Below are positions 8,493 through 16,963 of a stretch of DNA of 64,000 nt, piece by piece (the stretch's first letter is position 1; each line of letters opens with the position of its first letter). Source of the stretch: a virus (lineage: Duplodnaviria; Caudoviricetes); the IMG/VR virus record IMGVR_UViG_3300032280_000320, positions 1-64,000 of that record; one strand, 5' to 3'. The position numbers were made by a program, and so were the translations under genes. A model generated the notes under the pieces. That model was not told the DNA's origin and did no database searches. It saw only the letters and a list, made by a program, of their open reading frames with translations.

Positions 8493-8710
8493 TATTTAAC
8501 CTTACTTCCAAATTTTGACCATGCTCTTTCATGTAGAAAAAATCCTACCATTTCGCATGCAGTGTAAATTATTGCAAATGTACCAGCGTATTCCCAGTGG
8601 GCTTCTCCAGTAATAGCCTTTTCAAAAAAATAGACTAATGTGCCAACGAATCCAATATGGACTACTGGCCAAGTAAATGATTTATATAAACTTCTTTTAT
8701 TTGATTCCAT
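8492..8710 (-). CDS. DUF2061 membrane protein
   Basis: ESNKRSLYKSFTW...FFLHERAWSK. Confidence 0.8.
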   Translation of the reverse strand: MESNKRSLYKSFTWPVVHIGFVGTLVYFFEKAITGEAHWEYAGTFAIIYTACEMVGFFLHERAWSKFGSKVK

Positions 8711-8764
8711 TTTTCTATTATACTCTCTATTGTATAAAAGTTCAATAGTTAGAACTTTTATTTA

Positions 8765-9382
8765 TTAAAGCCATCCTCTAAATTGCAAAGATGCTCTTGG
8801 TGCCGAAACTTCTATTTGATGATACATTCCTTCTGGGAAAAACAAAAAGTCTCCTGGATTCATCTCAAATGTTTTTTTATATGTAATTGAATCTTCTCCC
8901 ATAAGGTATTTATCTGAGAGTGTCCAATGTGTTTGCCCCTGACACTGTAAAGAAAATCCTGGCCAACTATCTTTATGACTTAAGCTTTGATAAGGCCCTA
9001 TGCATACTTTTGGCCCAGCCAAATTTATTGATACTCCAGACTCTTGTTCTAATTTTACTGACATTTTAAAAATTTCTGGAAAATATTTTTTAAACTTTTC
9101 TTGTACATATGTACCATTATCAATTCCATTAAGTGCATTAATATATAAATTTTTACCAACAATAACAGTTCCAGTCAAATTTTCATTGTTACCAGTACCA
9201 GAAACTATAGCAGCAAGATCATTGTTTGTTGGTTCCTGCCATTCCTGATAAATACAATTTAAAAAATCTGGCCAAGATGGTAAGTCTTTTTCATTTATAA
9301 AATTTTTAAAATATGCTGCTTCAAAATTATTAAATGCATCTGTAACTGTTTGTTTAAATTCTTGTAAATTATAATTAATCAT
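8765..9382 (-). CDS. JmjC/cupin 2OG-Fe(II) oxygenase
   Basis: HKD, QCQGQTHW, MNPGDFLFFPEGMYHQI, R.SL; leaderless TATAAT promoter. Confidence 0.8.
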   Translation of the reverse strand: MINYNLQEFKQTVTDAFNNFEAAYFKNFINEKDLPSWPDFLNCIYQEWQEPTNNDLAAIVSGTGNNENLTGTVIVGKNLYINALNGIDNGTYVQEKFKKYFPEIFKMSVKLEQESGVSINLAGPKVCIGPYQSLSHKDSWPGFSLQCQGQTHWTLSDKYLMGEDSITYKKTFEMNPGDFLFFPEGMYHQIEVSAPRASLQFRGWL

Positions 9383-9397
9383 ATATTACATTATACC

Positions 9398-9428
9398 ATA
9401 AAGGCTGGGGGGATTACTCCCCCCAGCC
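9398..9428 (-). terminator. Intrinsic terminator after the surface-protein gene
   Basis: GGCTGGGGGG-AGTAAT-CCCCCCAGCC followed by TTTAT. Confidence 0.8.
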
Positions 9429-9442
9429 AATTAAAGAATTGA

Positions 9443-10549
9443 TTACTTAACTAAAGTAACCTTTGCTTTTGGATTTTTTGCGTTCCACTTCTTTGCAAGT
9501 GCGTTGAAAGAGTCCTTGATTGACTTAATTGCTGCAGCATTGTCTGCTGTTAGCTTTGCAATCTGTGCATCTTTAGCAAGTAGTGCTGCATCTGAGGCGG
9601 TCTTTGCATCGGCAAGAGCCTTTGCTGAAGCTGCCTTCTCTGCAGCAATTAGAGCGGTGTGCTCTGCTGTTGCCTTAACAAGTGCAGCATCTGCAACTGC
9701 TTTAGCAGCAAGTGCTGCATCCTTAGCAGCAATCTGTGCAGCAAGCTCTGACACTAGATCACGAACTGCGATTTCTGCAAATGGTGCTAATGCACGAGCA
9801 GGAAGACCAACTACATCTGCGGTTGTTGCATCAGATGATGTTGTTGGTGCAAATGTGATTAGTGAACGTGTTCCAGTTGTTGGAAGTGTTGCCTTAAATG
9901 TAGCAACTCCAAAGTCTGAAAGTGTGGCTCCAGTTGTTGCTGTTGCTGTATCTAGTGTTGCTGTTGAAGCAAATACTGTTGCTGTGATTGACTTTCCTGA
10001 TACTCTGTTTCCAAATGTATCTGTTGCAGTTACTGTAATGTCTTGCTTTGTTCCAGCAGCACCTGATGCAGGCGCAGATAATGTAAGTGCATTGATCTTA
10101 CCAGCAGTTCCCTGTACATAATATGTAAAGGTTGTACCCTGGTTTGTAACAGTTACTGTTCCAATTGCTGTAGTCTTTGTGTAGACCCAAAATGTTGCTG
10201 TTGTTCCTGTGCCAGTTGCAATTGTCAAAGATGATGATCCTGACGATGCTCCTACTGGTGCAGCAGATGTATGTAGTGCAGACACGATTGTTGCGTTTGT
10301 TGCTACTACAGAAACGTTTGTCCCTGTGTCAACTGTTGCAACAAACTTTAGTGCGTCAGCAGCGTCAACTGTGTTGTCTGCAGGTACTGGCAATGCAGCA
10401 GGTGTAGCAATAGCAGAAGCGGTTGTGTTAGCCGTTCCGTCTAATGATACAGAGACCGTCATTACAGCAGCACTTGCAGGTGTTGCTACGATTGTGCCCA
10501 AAGTCATGGCTGCAACCATGGCTAGTGCGATTTTCTTAAATGAGTTCAT
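9443..10549 (-). CDS. Secreted Ala/Thr-rich surface protein (Ig-like beta domains plus coiled coil)
   Basis: Signal peptide ending PASA; beta-rich core; Ala-rich C-terminal helix; strong RBS. Confidence 0.75.
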   Translation of the reverse strand: MNSFKKIALAMVAAMTLGTIVATPASAAVMTVSVSLDGTANTTASAIATPAALPVPADNTVDAADALKFVATVDTGTNVSVVATNATIVSALHTSAAPVGASSGSSSLTIATGTGTTATFWVYTKTTAIGTVTVTNQGTTFTYYVQGTAGKINALTLSAPASGAAGTKQDITVTATDTFGNRVSGKSITATVFASTATLDTATATTGATLSDFGVATFKATLPTTGTRSLITFAPTTSSDATTADVVGLPARALAPFAEIAVRDLVSELAAQIAAKDAALAAKAVADAALVKATAEHTALIAAEKAASAKALADAKTASDAALLAKDAQIAKLTADNAAAIKSIKDSFNALAKKWNAKNPKAKVTLVK

Positions 10550-10594
10550 TTAATTTATTCTCCTTGTTTCCTCTGATTCTCTTGAATCAGAATT

Positions 10595-10786
10595 TTAGTT
10601 TAAGTTATTTACTTTTACTTGGAAAGAACACGGGTCTCCGCCTTCATCCCACTCTTGCATTTCTTCTTCTGTCATTGGAGCTCCATCATGTGTATTGCAA
10701 AATACATCTGATATCCATCCACGATCAAAACCATTCTTTAACCAAATTTCAAACTCCATAAAGTCATCGTCTGAGTTTATATCCAT
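10595..10786 (-). CDS. Hypothetical protein
   Basis: WLKNGFDRGWISDVFCNTHDG..EW.EGGDPC. Confidence 0.7.
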   Translation of the reverse strand: MDINSDDDFMEFEIWLKNGFDRGWISDVFCNTHDGAPMTEEEMQEWDEGGDPCSFQVKVNNLN

Positions 10787-11079
10787 TCAGACAACTCCTT
10801 CAATAGAATATGCTTTGGCTTGGCTCCAGTAATAGTCTTGACTGGTTTGCCATCTACAAATAATACCATAGTTGGAATTGAATGTACAGAGAACTCAGCT
10901 GTTTTTACTGGATTCTCATCAACATTTATCTTTCCTACCCAAAGTCCACGCTCATTTGATATCTCATCTAGGATTGGGCTGACCTGCTTACAAGGGCCAC
11001 ACCAGTCTGCCCAGAAATCAATTAAGATTGTTTTGTGGGAAGATATGACAGAATCAAATTTAGTATCAGTTACTATCAT
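10777..11079 (-). CDS. trxA: Thioredoxin
   Basis: DFWADWCGPCK active site, SIPT cis-Pro. Confidence 0.95.
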   Translation of the reverse strand: MIVTDTKFDSVISSHKTILIDFWADWCGPCKQVSPILDEISNERGLWVGKINVDENPVKTAEFSVHSIPTMVLFVDGKPVKTITGAKPKHILLKELSEWI

Positions 11080-11546
11080 AATGAATCCACGTGTGTTGGC
11101 CAATAGTAGTTACAGTTTTCACAGCAGGTATAACCAATCTCTTTATAATCTGCATATTCACTATAGAAGTAGTAGTGAATAGGATCCTTTTCAAACAATC
11201 TTCCCTTATGAGTATAATGAACCTGGTCTTCTCCTAGCCACCAAGGTCTATCTGACTCTAATCCAAGAAAGTTTTCTTTATATATCTCATCGAACAAGGC
11301 GTGAGTTGTATTCTTATACCCACGTAGGATTATATCTCGAACAATGGCTTCATTGTAAAGGAACAACCAATCTTCATGTCCCCTCCACATTTTGACTGCT
11401 GGGTGATTAGACCAAGCTCCAGTTTCATATAGTCCAGCAAGGGATTTTAGAATCTGTAAATTTTCAACGCTTTGTTTGATTAAGCGCTTTCTATCAAGAT
11501 GCTTTGCAGTTTCTTGAAAGTCCGCCTCTGGTAAAAATGTTTGCAT
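11076..11546 (-). CDS. Pyrimidine-dimer DNA glycosylase-like protein (MSMEG_6728 family)
   Basis: MQTFLP, LDRKRL.KQ.VE, W.NHPAVKMWRG, PWWLG, Y.WP. Confidence 0.85.
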   Translation of the reverse strand: MQTFLPEADFQETAKHLDRKRLIKQSVENLQILKSLAGLYETGAWSNHPAVKMWRGHEDWLFLYNEAIVRDIILRGYKNTTHALFDEIYKENFLGLESDRPWWLGEDQVHYTHKGRLFEKDPIHYYFYSEYADYKEIGYTCCENCNYYWPTHVDSL

Positions 11547-11586
11547 GATACCTATCTTACTAAATTAACAAGAGCTGGTCAAGTAA

Positions 11587-11802
11587 CTAGTCTTGATCTT
11601 TTAATTCATCTGCTGCTGCATTAAATTTATTCATAAAATTTTGAATAACAAATACAGTAGTTTCATGTGCATTCTTTGACATAGCGCTGAATGCTTGTTG
11701 GTTTCTTTCTTCTTCAGGAAGTGCTGCTGACCACTTGTTATATAGGTCAGTAGCAACATCCTCAATAATTCCTTCTAATACGGTTTGCTTATTTTCATCC
11801 AT
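11587..11802 (-). CDS. Hypothetical protein
   Basis: Helical ORF overlapping the protease stop. Confidence 0.7.
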   Translation of the reverse strand: MDENKQTVLEGIIEDVATDLYNKWSAALPEEERNQQAFSAMSKNAHETTVFVIQNFMNKFNAAADELKDQD

Positions 11803-12922
11803 TGATTTTTGCTGCCCATGCTGCTTTTGTTGCTGCTAGCTTATCTGCTGCAGCCTTAACTTCTGCTTGGTACTGGGCTTCTGCTAATGCAATTGCCTTT
11901 AATGATTCAGCAACCAACAAAGCTTTTTGCTGTGCAGCCAATTGTTCTGCTGTTACCGTAGGTACTGCTGTAACTGTAGGCTTTGGTGTTGGATGTGCTC
12001 CATAAGAAATTGCCGCTTGAAGATTAATAAGCTTATTAAATGTTCCTTGACGACCAGTTGTGCTTGAAGCAGTTGATGTCATTGCACTTAGTATTTGTGA
12101 GTAAGTCCAAGAAGGATTCTTTTCTTTAATAAGCATCCAAGATGCAGCAGCAACTTGAACAGAAGCAGATGATCCAGCGATATACTTTTGAATATTTCCT
12201 GGTGACCAAGCAGCGTGATATCCTAGTGCAAATAGATCTAGGAGTGCATTGTCATTGTTGCTGTTTGCTGCCATTTCTCCCTGTTGGTCTGTGTATCCAA
12301 CTGAAATTGATTCTGGAATACAAGATGGCCAGTCAATTCTTTCATAGTCTCTTCCATTACCAGAAGGAAAGAATACTGGGATTCCGCTTGCCAATAAAGA
12401 ATTGATTGATGATCTTGTTGTTGGTGTTGCTGGGCAGTAGTTTGTTCCAACTGCACCAAGCATGTGGTGTCCTTGTGACATGGTTACAGCCTGAATATTA
12501 TATTTTTCTTTATTTGCATTTACCCAATTAAGTGCATTAAATACTGTTGACTCTCCAGCCGTTTGTCGTGAACCCTTTGATGTGTTACCAATAATTCTAA
12601 CAAAAACAATCTTTGCATTTGGGTTATTAGCAATGAACACTGAGGCCATCTGTGTGCCGTGATCAAATCCATTTTGAGACACATAAGGCATTTGAAGTGT
12701 AGCTGCTCCTGGGCCTTCCATAAATGTTTTCCCGTTTGGGCATGATGCCCAGTCTATGATACAAACTTCAGCAGCAATCTTGTCTTTAAAGATTGGCAAT
12801 GTAGAGTCTAAAGCTGTGTCTAAGATAGCAATTGTAGGTGCTGGTGCTGCCTGTGAGACAGTTGATGATAGCGGTAGGATTAGTGTTAGCGACAATAGCG
12901 CTGTTATTAGTTTTTTATTCAT
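11795..12922 (-). CDS. Secreted subtilisin-like (S8) serine protease
   Basis: Signal peptide; IAILDTA (D), HGTQMAS (H), SGN oxyanion, GSSAS (S). Confidence 0.85.
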   Translation of the reverse strand: MNKKLITALLSLTLILPLSSTVSQAAPAPTIAILDTALDSTLPIFKDKIAAEVCIIDWASCPNGKTFMEGPGAATLQMPYVSQNGFDHGTQMASVFIANNPNAKIVFVRIIGNTSKGSRQTAGESTVFNALNWVNANKEKYNIQAVTMSQGHHMLGAVGTNYCPATPTTRSSINSLLASGIPVFFPSGNGRDYERIDWPSCIPESISVGYTDQQGEMAANSNNDNALLDLFALGYHAAWSPGNIQKYIAGSSASVQVAAASWMLIKEKNPSWTYSQILSAMTSTASSTTGRQGTFNKLINLQAAISYGAHPTPKPTVTAVPTVTAEQLAAQQKALLVAESLKAIALAEAQYQAEVKAAADKLAATKAAWAAKING

Positions 12923-12952
12923 ATGACAATTGTACTAAATATAATCAGGATG

Positions 12953-13132
12953 TCAAGAGTCTTTTGAAGGCTTTTGGTACCATTTGCCAGAATCAAGCGA
13001 AGGTGCATGATTGTTCAATCTATCTGTCTCAGAATCAATTAGATTACCTAGGGCAGTTGCCATTAATTCAAGATGCATTTCCATTCTTAAAACCTGCATT
13101 TCAAGCTGGCGCAGTCTCTCTGCTTTTCTCAT
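12953..13132 (-). CDS. Hypothetical protein (59 aa, not in track)
   Basis: MRKAERLRQLEMQVLRMEM...DSGKWYQKP; ATGA overlap. Confidence 0.6.
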   Translation of the reverse strand: MRKAERLRQLEMQVLRMEMHLELMATALGNLIDSETDRLNNHAPSLDSGKWYQKPSKDS

Positions 13133-13464
13133 TCAGTATTCTCTCTATCTAGTGGTGTTGGTGCTGTGGCAACACTCCCGCATTGGGCGCATTCCATGTC
13201 TAAAAAATAAGTAGCAATTTCAAAGTTATCAAAGATTGCTTTAACATTAAATATGTTACATCCGCATATACATTCGTGAGTTGGATTGCCTCTTAGATCC
13301 ATAGAGTTCCTGTAGTCCAGCCCAACATTATTTTCTTCTTGCTCATATGGTTCATCTCTATCCATGTAGTATAGCCCTACTTTGTATTTTTCATTGAATT
13401 TTTTTACAAGCAAAACTAACTTAACTGTTATGGCTACTGACAAGACAAAGAATGCATATATCAT
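13129..13464 (-). CDS. Membrane-anchored zinc-binding protein
   Basis: TM helix; MDLRGNPTHECICGC...MECAQCGS. Confidence 0.7.
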   Translation of the reverse strand: MIYAFFVLSVAITVKLVLLVKKFNEKYKVGLYYMDRDEPYEQEENNVGLDYRNSMDLRGNPTHECICGCNIFNVKAIFDNFEIATYFLDMECAQCGSVATAPTPLDRENTE

Positions 13465-13478
13465 ATACTAATTATACA

Positions 13479-14036
13479 CTAAACTTGGATGTATGTATAG
13501 GGGGCTGCTACGCTCATATTAAACTCAGTTGCTGCTTCTAATGCTGCCTTTAATCTAAGCTTAGGGTTTTGTTGTTTTTTTGTTGCGTGAAGGGCTCCAA
13601 GCGCTATCTGTCCGCCGCTTCCTTCCGCCATATAGTTAACTATATTTTCTCCAACATGAAAGTCTTCATCTATGGTAAAGAGTCTGCCACAAACTCCAAC
13701 TATAAAAATTCCACCAGTGTCTTCTTCTGATGCTGAACCAATACTTCCATAGCCATGATCTTTAAATGCAGCCTTAACAGAATCAACAAACTTAGTTCTC
13801 ATAAACTTATCTAAGCCAGAGTTTGTTTTAGTTGGTGTGTATTTTGGAGGAGTCCACATGTATTGAAGGATCTGCCCCATACGAAATGAGTCTGTAAATG
13901 CAATTCCGTATTGACCATTTTTAAAACACTTTGGTTCTTTTCTGGATAGGATCCATCCAGTTTTATCATCTGAGGCGGCGTGGTCAGATCCCATATAAAC
14001 AACACCATTTTGGGCTATTGCTACTATACATGTCAT
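13479..14036 (-). CDS. Ntn-hydrolase protease (proteasome beta/HslV-like)
   Basis: N-terminal Thr (MTCIVA), MGSD, K, AEGSGG..ALGAL. Confidence 0.8.
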   Translation of the reverse strand: MTCIVAIAQNGVVYMGSDHAASDDKTGWILSRKEPKCFKNGQYGIAFTDSFRMGQILQYMWTPPKYTPTKTNSGLDKFMRTKFVDSVKAAFKDHGYGSIGSASEEDTGGIFIVGVCGRLFTIDEDFHVGENIVNYMAEGSGGQIALGALHATKKQQNPKLRLKAALEAATEFNMSVAAPYTYIQV

Positions 14037-14068
14037 AATACTAGTATACTATTTATAAATTCGAAGTG

Positions 14069-14377
14069 CTAGTCCTCATTTATGTGAATATTAATATGGC
14101 TTAATTTAATTAAAGTCGCTTCTAGCTCAGCTTTTACCGCAATTAATTCCTGAATGGCCTCATAATATTTATCTTTCCATTCATCTAAATCTCGCTCAAG
14201 TTTATATAATTTAATCTGTAGATCTCTTAATTCTATCTTTAAATTATCCTGGGCTTTTTCTTCTTTTCTGAACTTTTCTCTTCTTCTCTCTCTAAGCCCA
14301 GCGATTACGCCAGTTCCTAGGCCACTGAGAAGTGCGGCTAGTATAGCTACGATTATTTCTGCTATTGATATCTGCAT
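14069..14377 (-). CDS. Membrane protein with coiled coil
   Basis: N-terminal TM followed by heptad repeats. Confidence 0.7.
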   Translation of the reverse strand: MQISIAEIIVAILAALLSGLGTGVIAGLRERRREKFRKEEKAQDNLKIELRDLQIKLYKLERDLDEWKDKYYEAIQELIAVKAELEATLIKLSHINIHINED

Positions 14378-14407
14378 TATACATCTATTATACCGTAATA
14401 ATGTTTA

Positions 14408-14644
14408 TTAAACTAACAATTCAGAGGCAGTAATATCATTTCCACAGTATCTTTTTTTGATAACAAAATCTCTTACGGACTCTGATCCATACTGTCTTCC
14501 AGACAAAATAATTACCCATCTTGGCTCAAATTTTGATGTTATGCATGTTTCGCACATTAGAAGATTGATTGGTAATAATGTGGACTTTCTAAGATTAAGC
14601 TGATTCTTTGTTTTATTACAGCTATAGCATAAAACTTTTTCCAT
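14408..14644 (-). CDS. Zinc-finger hypothetical protein
   Basis: CYSC...CETC, FEPRW. Confidence 0.7.
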   Translation of the reverse strand: MEKVLCYSCNKTKNQLNLRKSTLLPINLLMCETCITSKFEPRWVIILSGRQYGSESVRDFVIKKRYCGNDITASELLV

Positions 14645-15099
14645 TATTCATTTACCTCTTCGCATTGTGTAGATTTAAAAAATCTAGAAACATCAAATCT
14701 GATGTTATCTCTTGAAAATAATCCTGCAAAATCTTTGATTAGTATAGCATATATTTCTGGGTCTAGGTGCGGCTTTACTGACAAAAGTATTTCCTCTGCC
14801 TTTATATAGTCTGCTTTTACAAATACACATTCACCAGCTTTTGGTCTTTTTAGCACCTTTGTAGTAATTTTGCCACCTGGCTCATAAAGGCTAACAGTTA
14901 GGTATTCTTTTGCAAAGCCCCAGTCTTGGTATCTATTGTATGCTTCTGCTGCATCAATAGCATTATTTAAATGGTAGATTGATCTTGCAGGACTTTCCCC
15001 GTCACGAGCAATTGTTAGCATGTAAGATGCATGGTTATTTTTTTGACTTTCAACAAATCTATTTACAACATCATCATGCTCTGGCTTTAATTCATTCAT
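14644..15099 (-). CDS. Hypothetical protein
   Basis: Coupled ORF; DN.RFD..RF C-terminus. Confidence 0.7.
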   Translation of the reverse strand: MNELKPEHDDVVNRFVESQKNNHASYMLTIARDGESPARSIYHLNNAIDAAEAYNRYQDWGFAKEYLTVSLYEPGGKITTKVLKRPKAGECVFVKADYIKAEEILLSVKPHLDPEIYAILIKDFAGLFSRDNIRFDVSRFFKSTQCEEVNE

Positions 15100-15100
15100 A

Positions 15101-15292
15101 CTATTCCTCTATGTGTGTTAATACAATTTCATTCATGATAATAAAATCTTCATTATCAATAATTTCTCTATAGTCAACGCCATCTTTAACATATGTAACC
15201 TCAGATGCATATATACCAAGACTGTCTACCATTCCGTAACACTGCTCAGAATATATGTATACTATATTTATTACTTCAGCGCTTTCCTTCAC
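15101..15292 (-). CDS. Hypothetical protein
   Basis: ORF in gene-dense run; start uncertain. Confidence 0.55.
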   Translation of the reverse strand: MKESAEVINIVYIYSEQCYGMVDSLGIYASEVTYVKDGVDYREIIDNEDFIIMNEIVLTHIEE

Positions 15293-15599
15293 CTGGTGCT
15301 CCCTCTAATTCGCATCTAACACCATAGGTTTCTATGATATTTTTAACCATTTCAACATACTCAATTACTCTTAATCTCATTGATCCATCAAACTGTTTAA
15401 AATTATCTTCATATAATCTTATTGCTAAAAATTCTGGATACTTAACTATATCCATTTTTAAATTAGAGGTGGGCTTTTTTAATTCCCTTAGCTTCCTTGC
15501 CATTTCTTTTGTATAAAATACTGGTTTATTTGGCTCTCCAGTCCATTGATTAATACCATACTTAAAGTGATCTTTACCGTTGTTCTTATCAATAAACAT
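15276..15599 (-). CDS. Hypothetical protein
   Basis: ORF overlapping the whiB stop. Confidence 0.7.
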   Translation of the reverse strand: MFIDKNNGKDHFKYGINQWTGEPNKPVFYTKEMARKLRELKKPTSNLKMDIVKYPEFLAIRLYEDNFKQFDGSMRLRVIEYVEMVKNIIETYGVRCELEGAPGEGKR

Positions 15600-15900
15600 G
15601 TTTAGCCTTCAATCTTTTCCATACTTCTTTTGTTTTATGTGAGTTTCTTACCTTGTCTATAGAGCCAGAATTTAAATAAACACCGCCCCATACACCATAA
15701 TCATTATTATTAATTCCGTTTTCATAACATATAGCTATAACTGGGCAAGAAAGACATGCCTCGTCAATTGTTCTAGCTATATTTATATCTGACTCATACT
15801 TATCGAAAAATAGATTTGTGTCCATTCCTAGGCATAAAGCAAGCTTATACCAATTTGGATCCTCTTCTTCTATACCTAGATTACTTAAAATACTTGACAT
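15589..15900 (-). CDS. whiB: WhiB-family Fe-S transcription factor
   Basis: ALC..D.NLFF, ACLSCPV..IC, YGVWGG; start moved to MSSIL. Confidence 0.92.
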   Translation of the reverse strand: MSSILSNLGIEEEDPNWYKLALCLGMDTNLFFDKYESDINIARTIDEACLSCPVIAICYENGINNNDYGVWGGVYLNSGSIDKVRNSHKTKEVWKRLKAKHVY

Positions 15901-16114
15901 ATTTTTTTGGCAACTTCCAGATACCTTTACCGTTAACAGAAATTTTTTCTGCTTTACCCCATTGATTATCATGGAACATGCCACTTGTATCTGAGTAGCC
16001 ATTGTAATCTTTTTTCCAAATAATCAAATCATAATTATCCCAAAAAGATTTTTGAACTTTTGTTTGAGATCTATTAATAAATATCTCAACGCCCTGCATT
16101 GTTAAATGAAGCAC
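15881..16114 (-). CDS. Hypothetical protein
   Basis: GTG-start ORF between tRNA-Asn and whiB. Confidence 0.7.
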   Translation of the reverse strand: MLHLTMQGVEIFINRSQTKVQKSFWDNYDLIIWKKDYNGYSDTSGMFHDNQWGKAEKISVNGKGIWKLPKKYVKYFK

Positions 16115-16149
16115 TTCATTCCTATCAGTAAGTCCGCCTGATTTATCTG

Positions 16150-16222
16150 CTGGCCCACCAAGAATCGAACTTGGAACCCTAGAGTTAACAGCTCTATGCT
16201 CTGCCTATTGAGCTATGGGCCA
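16150..16222 (-). tRNA. tRNA-Asn(GTT)
   Basis: Cloverleaf TGGCCCA/TGGGCCA, loop CTGTTAA, TTCGA T-loop; own TTGACA-18-TATAAT promoter; no encoded CCA. Confidence 0.92.
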
Positions 16223-16280
16223 ATAGGCAATGCCGCAGCATTACTATAATTATACAGTAAAAACTACGGCAGTGTCAAGG

Positions 16281-16430
16281 CTATTTCTGTTGCTCTTTTA
16301 TTGAAGATATAGTAACCTTTTTAATTTCGTCATCTATATTAAAAATATCATGAATATATTCACTTGCGTCTTGTGAGTTAAAGGCTTCTACTTCAACCTC
16401 TACTTCTAATTTAATGCGATATTTATTCAT
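16281..16430 (-). CDS. Small hypothetical protein, leaderless (49 aa)
   Basis: MNKYRIKLEVEVEVEAF...; TGcTATAAT-6-ATG. Confidence 0.65.
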   Translation of the reverse strand: MNKYRIKLEVEVEVEAFNSQDASEYIHDIFNIDDEIKKVTISSIKEQQK

Positions 16431-16445
16431 AGTATAATTATAGCA

Positions 16446-16736
16446 TTATTTCTCAGCTTTTTTGTCTACTGCTGAAAATGCAGCATTTATTTCTGCTACA
16501 GTTAATTTACCGTCATCCAGGAAACCTCGTGCAAGCCTTTCAACTACGGTGGCAACGCCAAGAGTACCTGCTAATATAACTGCTTTATAAGTTTCAATTC
16601 CTACCACTGCACCAGCACCAATTACTGATAATCCAGATGCTGCAAAGACTGCAACTATACGCATTACAATATTATTAATACTAGCAATTGCTCCTCCACC
16701 TACATGTGTTGGTGACTTTATATTTGATTTTGTCAT
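16446..16736 (-). CDS. Membrane protein, holin-like
   Basis: Hydrophobic helices plus FLDDGKLT..EINAAF; start moved to MTKSN. Confidence 0.6.
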   Translation of the reverse strand: MTKSNIKSPTHVGGGAIASINNIVMRIVAVFAASGLSVIGAGAVVGIETYKAVILAGTLGVATVVERLARGFLDDGKLTVAEINAAFSAVDKKAEK

Positions 16737-16963
16737 TATTTGTCCTTTCTTAATGGGATAGTAATTAGCCAGATTATTGTTGTTGCAAGCACTGCAATTC
16801 CAACAATGTCTCTCGCTGATCCCGTCAAAGTTAGCCATGCGATAAAGAAGCCAAGGAGGGTAAATGCCTGTGCAATTAATTCCATTCCTGCGTCTTTAAA
16901 CCATTTGATTAATCCCTTGAGCATTTTGCCTACCAGGTTGATGGCTTTATTGATTATCTTCAT
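16736..16963 (-). CDS. Two-TM membrane protein
   Basis: FTLLGFFIAWLTL / IVGIAVLATTIIWLI; coupled at both ends. Confidence 0.7.
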   Translation of the reverse strand: MKIINKAINLVGKMLKGLIKWFKDAGMELIAQAFTLLGFFIAWLTLTGSARDIVGIAVLATTIIWLITIPLRKDK

